DNA of 19,995 bases, from NCBI GenBank assembly GCA_038320275.1, contig JBBQEB010000062.1, positions 1 through 19,995 of the forward strand, written 5' to 3'. Both the position numbers and the translations under genes were made by a program. The stretch's first letter is position 1. The number at the start of each line of letters is the position of its first letter. The notes beneath the pieces are model-generated. The model did no database searches and was not told where the DNA came from. It was given only the letters and a program-made list of their open reading frames with translations. This DNA comes from Myxococcales bacterium. GTDB lineage: Bacteria; Myxococcota; Myxococcia; Myxococcales; Anaeromyxobacteraceae. Positions 16,922 to 19,995 of the stretch are shown one piece after another.

Positions 16922-18816
16922 CGGGGAAGGCTCGTGGGCTCGAAGCCCCGGAAAGCGCCCTTGTGGAAGTCGGCGTGGCAGCCCGCGCAGGCGCGCGGCA
17001 GGCCGCGGTAGCGCCGGACCGGCGCGCCGCCCGCCACCACCACCTCTGCGTGGCACCTGGCGCAGGCGACGCGGGCGTGCTTCCCGGTGAGCGGGTAGTC
17101 CGTGAAGGGCTGTTCATGCCGGAAGAGGGTCTTCTTCCAGTCGTCGGCGGCGTGGCAGCGGGTGCAGTCGGTGGTGGGCTCCGGCGAGACCCCCGGCGCG
17201 CTCGCCACGGCGGCGAACTGCCCGGCGTGCGGGTCGGCGTGGCAGGCGGCGCAGGCCGAGGCGATCGGGCGATAGCGCACCGCGCCGCCCAGCGCGGGAT
17301 CGGACCGGTGGCAGCTCGCGCAGCGCGCCCTGGCGTGCTTCCCCACGAGCGCGAAGCGGCTGTCGTTGCCATGGTCGAAGCGGACCGTGCGGAAGGAGCT
17401 CGCCTCGTGACAGGAGGCACAGCCCTGGGCGCGGACGAGCTGTCCGGCATGCGGGTCGGCGTGGCAGGTCTCGCAGCGGGCCAGGTCGCCGCCCAGGTGG
17501 AGCACCGCCGGGGAGATCTGGAGCTCGAGCCCGCGGCGCTCCACCTCGGCGCGCACGGGGGCCGGTACGCGGGCGGCGAGCCCGGGATCGCGCGGATGGC
17601 AGGCGGCGCAGGCCACCACCCGGTGCGCTCCGGCGAGCGGATAGGCCGTGCGCTCGTGCTCGGCTTGCCCGAACCGTGCCGGGGCGAAGCCCTGCACCGT
17701 GTGGCAGCGGTCACAAGCCGCACCCTGGGCTCCGCGCCCGGCGAGCTGGCCCACGTGCGCGTCGGCGTGGCAGTCGGCGCAGGCGCCGAACGGGAGCCCC
17801 TTGAAGCGCGCTGGCTCGCCCTTCCACGGACCGTGACAGGAGACGCAGGCCACTGCGCCGTGCGCTCCGAGGAGTGGGTAGCGGGTCCTGTCGTGGAAGG
17901 CGCGCGCCCCGGGGCTGCCCGCCGCCCCGCCGGTGGCGGAGCTCGCGATCTTCCGCCAGCCCTCCGTGATGTGGCAGCTCGCGCAGGCGTTCCCGAAGCG
18001 ACCCTCGTGCGCGTCCTTGTGGCAGTCGAGGCAGGAGGCGTGCGCCACCGGCCGGTAGCGCGTGAAGTGGTCGGCGGCGACCGGGGCGGTGAGCGCGCCG
18101 TGGCCGGGCGCGGGCTCCTTCACCTGCGGGTGGCACTTCGCGCAGGCGGCCCTGGCGTGCAGGCCGGTGAGCGGGTACGCGGTGCGAGCGTGGTCGAAGC
18201 GCGGCACCGGTTTCCAGCCCGCGTCACCGTGGCAGCGGACGCAATCGGGCCCGAGCTGACCTCGGTGCTCGTCGAAGTGGCAGCGGGCGCAGGCGTCGAG
18301 AGCGGGCGCGCCCAGGTAGGTCTGCCGGCGCGGTGACTTCGCGAGGAGCTCCTTCACCGCCGGATCGGCGACGAGGCGCGGATCGTGGCACCGCTCACAC
18401 GCCACCTTCGCGTGCTTGCCGCCCAGGGCGACCCCTGTCCTGGCGTGATCGAAGCGCCTCGGGCCGCCCTCGCCCCACTCCACCAGCGGCGCCGCCTCGC
18501 CCTGGTGCTCGTGGTGGCAGGTCCAGCAGTCGCGGTCCTTCGCGGCGAGCTTTCCATGGAAGCCGCGCCCCTGCGCGACGCGCGGCGCGAGCTCGGTGTG
18601 GCACTCCAGGCAGCGCGCTTGCGAGAGCTGCTCGCCCCTGGGATGGCACTTCGTGCAGTGGTCGAGTCCCGACAGCTTCGCGTGCGCGCGGGAGAGGTCG
18701 CCGGGAGAGAACACGTCGGCCGCGCGGGCGGCGCCGCCCACGCCGGCGAGGGCGAGGGCGATGGCGAGAGCCAGGCGGACGAGCCGCGGCGCGCGAGGGC
18801 GTCCGAGGGGGCTCAT
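16918..18816 (-). CDS. Periplasmic multiheme c-type cytochrome, 20 CxxCH, 632 aa
   Basis: ATGA overlap. Signal ...LALAIALALAGVGGAARA. SPGDLSRAH N-terminus. 20 CxxCH counted in repeats FDH-x-RT-x-YPL-x-G-x-H...CxxCH. Confidence 0.94.
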   Translation of the reverse strand: MSPLGRPRAPRLVRLALAIALALAGVGGAARAADVFSPGDLSRAHAKLSGLDHCTKCHPRGEQLSQARCLECHTELAPRVAQGRGFHGKLAAKDRDCWTCHHEHQGEAAPLVEWGEGGPRRFDHARTGVALGGKHAKVACERCHDPRLVADPAVKELLAKSPRRQTYLGAPALDACARCHFDEHRGQLGPDCVRCHGDAGWKPVPRFDHARTAYPLTGLHARAACAKCHPQVKEPAPGHGALTAPVAADHFTRYRPVAHASCLDCHKDAHEGRFGNACASCHITEGWRKIASSATGGAAGSPGARAFHDRTRYPLLGAHGAVACVSCHGPWKGEPARFKGLPFGACADCHADAHVGQLAGRGAQGAACDRCHTVQGFAPARFGQAEHERTAYPLAGAHRVVACAACHPRDPGLAARVPAPVRAEVERRGLELQISPAVLHLGGDLARCETCHADPHAGQLVRAQGCASCHEASSFRTVRFDHGNDSRFALVGKHARARCASCHRSDPALGGAVRYRPIASACAACHADPHAGQFAAVASAPGVSPEPTTDCTRCHAADDWKKTLFRHEQPFTDYPLTGKHARVACARCHAEVVVAGGAPVRRYRGLPRACAGCHADFHKGAFRGFEPTSLPR

Positions 18817-19995
18817 CGGTGCAGGATCCCGTAGCCGAGCCACAGCGAGACGCCGATGTGCGCGGCGATGGCGAAGACGAGGAAGATGGCGAGCGAGGCG
18901 TGGAAGATCCGCCACCCACCGAGCAGCCCCTTGAGCGAGCCGTAGAAGCCGATCTGCAGCCGGAGACGGCGCAGGCGCTGGTAGGACTCGCGGAAGCCCA
19001 GGTAGGCGGCGCGCTCCGGGAACAGCCCGCGCACCTGGGCGAGGTCGGCGCGCGCGCGGAGGGCCTGGCCCGGCCAGCCGAGCAGGGCCACCGCCAGCGA
19101 GCGCCGGGCGAGTGGCTTCGTCACGCGCGCGAAGAGCGCACGCACCTTCGCGGGGTCGCGCACGCTGTCGAGGAGCGGCTCCACCTCGTCGCGCAGCCGC
19201 ACGAAGCCCGCCTGAAGCTCCTCCAGCTCCACCGCTCGCCCGCCTGCGCCCGGGACGAGCCCGAAGATGTAGCGGCCCACGATGCCGGTGAGGACCACCA
19301 CCGCGAGCGCGCTGGCGGTGCCGGTGGCGAGGAGGTTGCGCGACTGGAACGCGGAGTGGAAGGCGATGACGAGCGGGCTCATGAAGCCCACGAACACGTG
19401 CACCTGGAGCCAGGTTCGGATGTGGCCCTTCCCCCGCAGGACTCCGAGGTGCTTGCGGGCCGCGTAGAAGAAGTTCGACAGCATGAACAGCGTCGCCGCG
19501 ATCCCGATGCCATGCCCCCACGCACCAGCCGATCGGAGCGCGTGGTGCAGCGGGGAGCGCATGCGGGCGCGTGGATCGAGGAGGTAGTACGCGCGGCCTT
19601 GCCAGGCGAGGAACGCCAGGATGGCGAGGGCGGCCGCGAACAGGGCCAGGTTGAGCCCGCGCTCGAACCTGCGCCGGGCGCGGTCCCTCTCCTTGCCAGC
19701 CTGCGCGACGCGCGCGCGCTTGACCCCGGTTCTGGGCGCGCCCGGCGCCTCGCCGAAATAGCCCCGCAGCCCCACCCCGGCGCGGGCGAGCAGCTCGTTG
19801 GGGAGCTCACCGCCGGCCTGGACGATCACGAAGTCGTTGGCGATGGCCTCTTCGCCTTCCGCGAGGGCCAGCACCACCTCACGCGCGGCGATCGAGCGGA
19901 CCTGGGAGGCGAGCGCGAGGCGCAGCGAGCCCGCGCGCGCGAGCGCCTCCACGGCCGCGCGGTTCTCGGCGCGGGCTTTCCCCAGCGCTGCGCCG
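18813..19995 (-). CDS. Partial: FAD/NAD(P)-dependent (thioredoxin-reductase-fold) oxidoreductase C-terminus fused to a His-containing membrane domain (putative di-heme b)
   Basis: Frame is open to the window edge (GAALGKARAENRAAVEAL...). SQVRSI...VVL...NDFVIVQAGGELP resembles the end of the NAD(P)-binding domain of pyridine-nucleotide oxidoreductases. TM helices follow, with WLQVHVFVG...IAFH, TGIVGRY and WRIFH...IAAH. Confidence 0.75.
   Translation of the reverse strand, partial: GAALGKARAENRAAVEALARAGSLRLALASQVRSIAAREVVLALAEGEEAIANDFVIVQAGGELPNELLARAGVGLRGYFGEAPGAPRTGVKRARVAQAGKERDRARRRFERGLNLALFAAALAILAFLAWQGRAYYLLDPRARMRSPLHHALRSAGAWGHGIGIAATLFMLSNFFYAARKHLGVLRGKGHIRTWLQVHVFVGFMSPLVIAFHSAFQSRNLLATGTASALAVVVLTGIVGRYIFGLVPGAGGRAVELEELQAGFVRLRDEVEPLLDSVRDPAKVRALFARVTKPLARRSLAVALLGWPGQALRARADLAQVRGLFPERAAYLGFRESYQRLRRLRLQIGFYGSLKGLLGGWRIFHASLAIFLVFAIAAHIGVSLWLGYGILHR

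Noticed and set aside
14856..18816. Recurring GTGGCAG motifs as a possible CRISPR or DNA repeat array
   Set aside because: They are the reverse complement of Cys-His codons in CxxCH motifs and have irregular spacing.
12359..19521. Long N-terminal extensions of the FKBP, barrel and cytochrome ORFs in the track (838, 833, 496, 336, 867 aa)
   Set aside because: The extensions overlap the upstream gene. Internal starts give signal peptides and ATGA/GTGA coupling or an RBS.

Overview
High-GC bacterial window; gene content and style suggest Myxococcota (Anaeromyxobacter-like), which is an inference. It has three blocks. (1) 1-4641 is a decayed accessory region: a small Cys-repeat secreted protein, a clpB 3' remnant, and a ClC channel-CBS pseudogene. 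The pseudogene is split by an intact IS1634-family element (TIRs, 5-bp TSD) and its 5' part is replaced by a truncated second IS1634-type element. (2) 4644-11625 is a phosphate/inositol/iron cluster: divergent family I pyrophosphatase, ppx, ppk1, ino1, CDP-alcohol phosphotransferase and an encapsulated-ferritin-type protein with no shell gene nearby. (3) 11688-19995 is a minus-strand, largely translationally coupled operon. It encodes a flavoprotein oxidoreductase C-terminus fused to a putative di-heme b membrane domain, three multiheme c cytochromes (20, 10 and 14 CxxCH; the last a lipoprotein), an outer-membrane beta-barrel, an FKBP PPIase and a TonB-like anchored protein. Block 3 looks like a complete cytoplasm-to-surface electron conduit and is the most interesting element.
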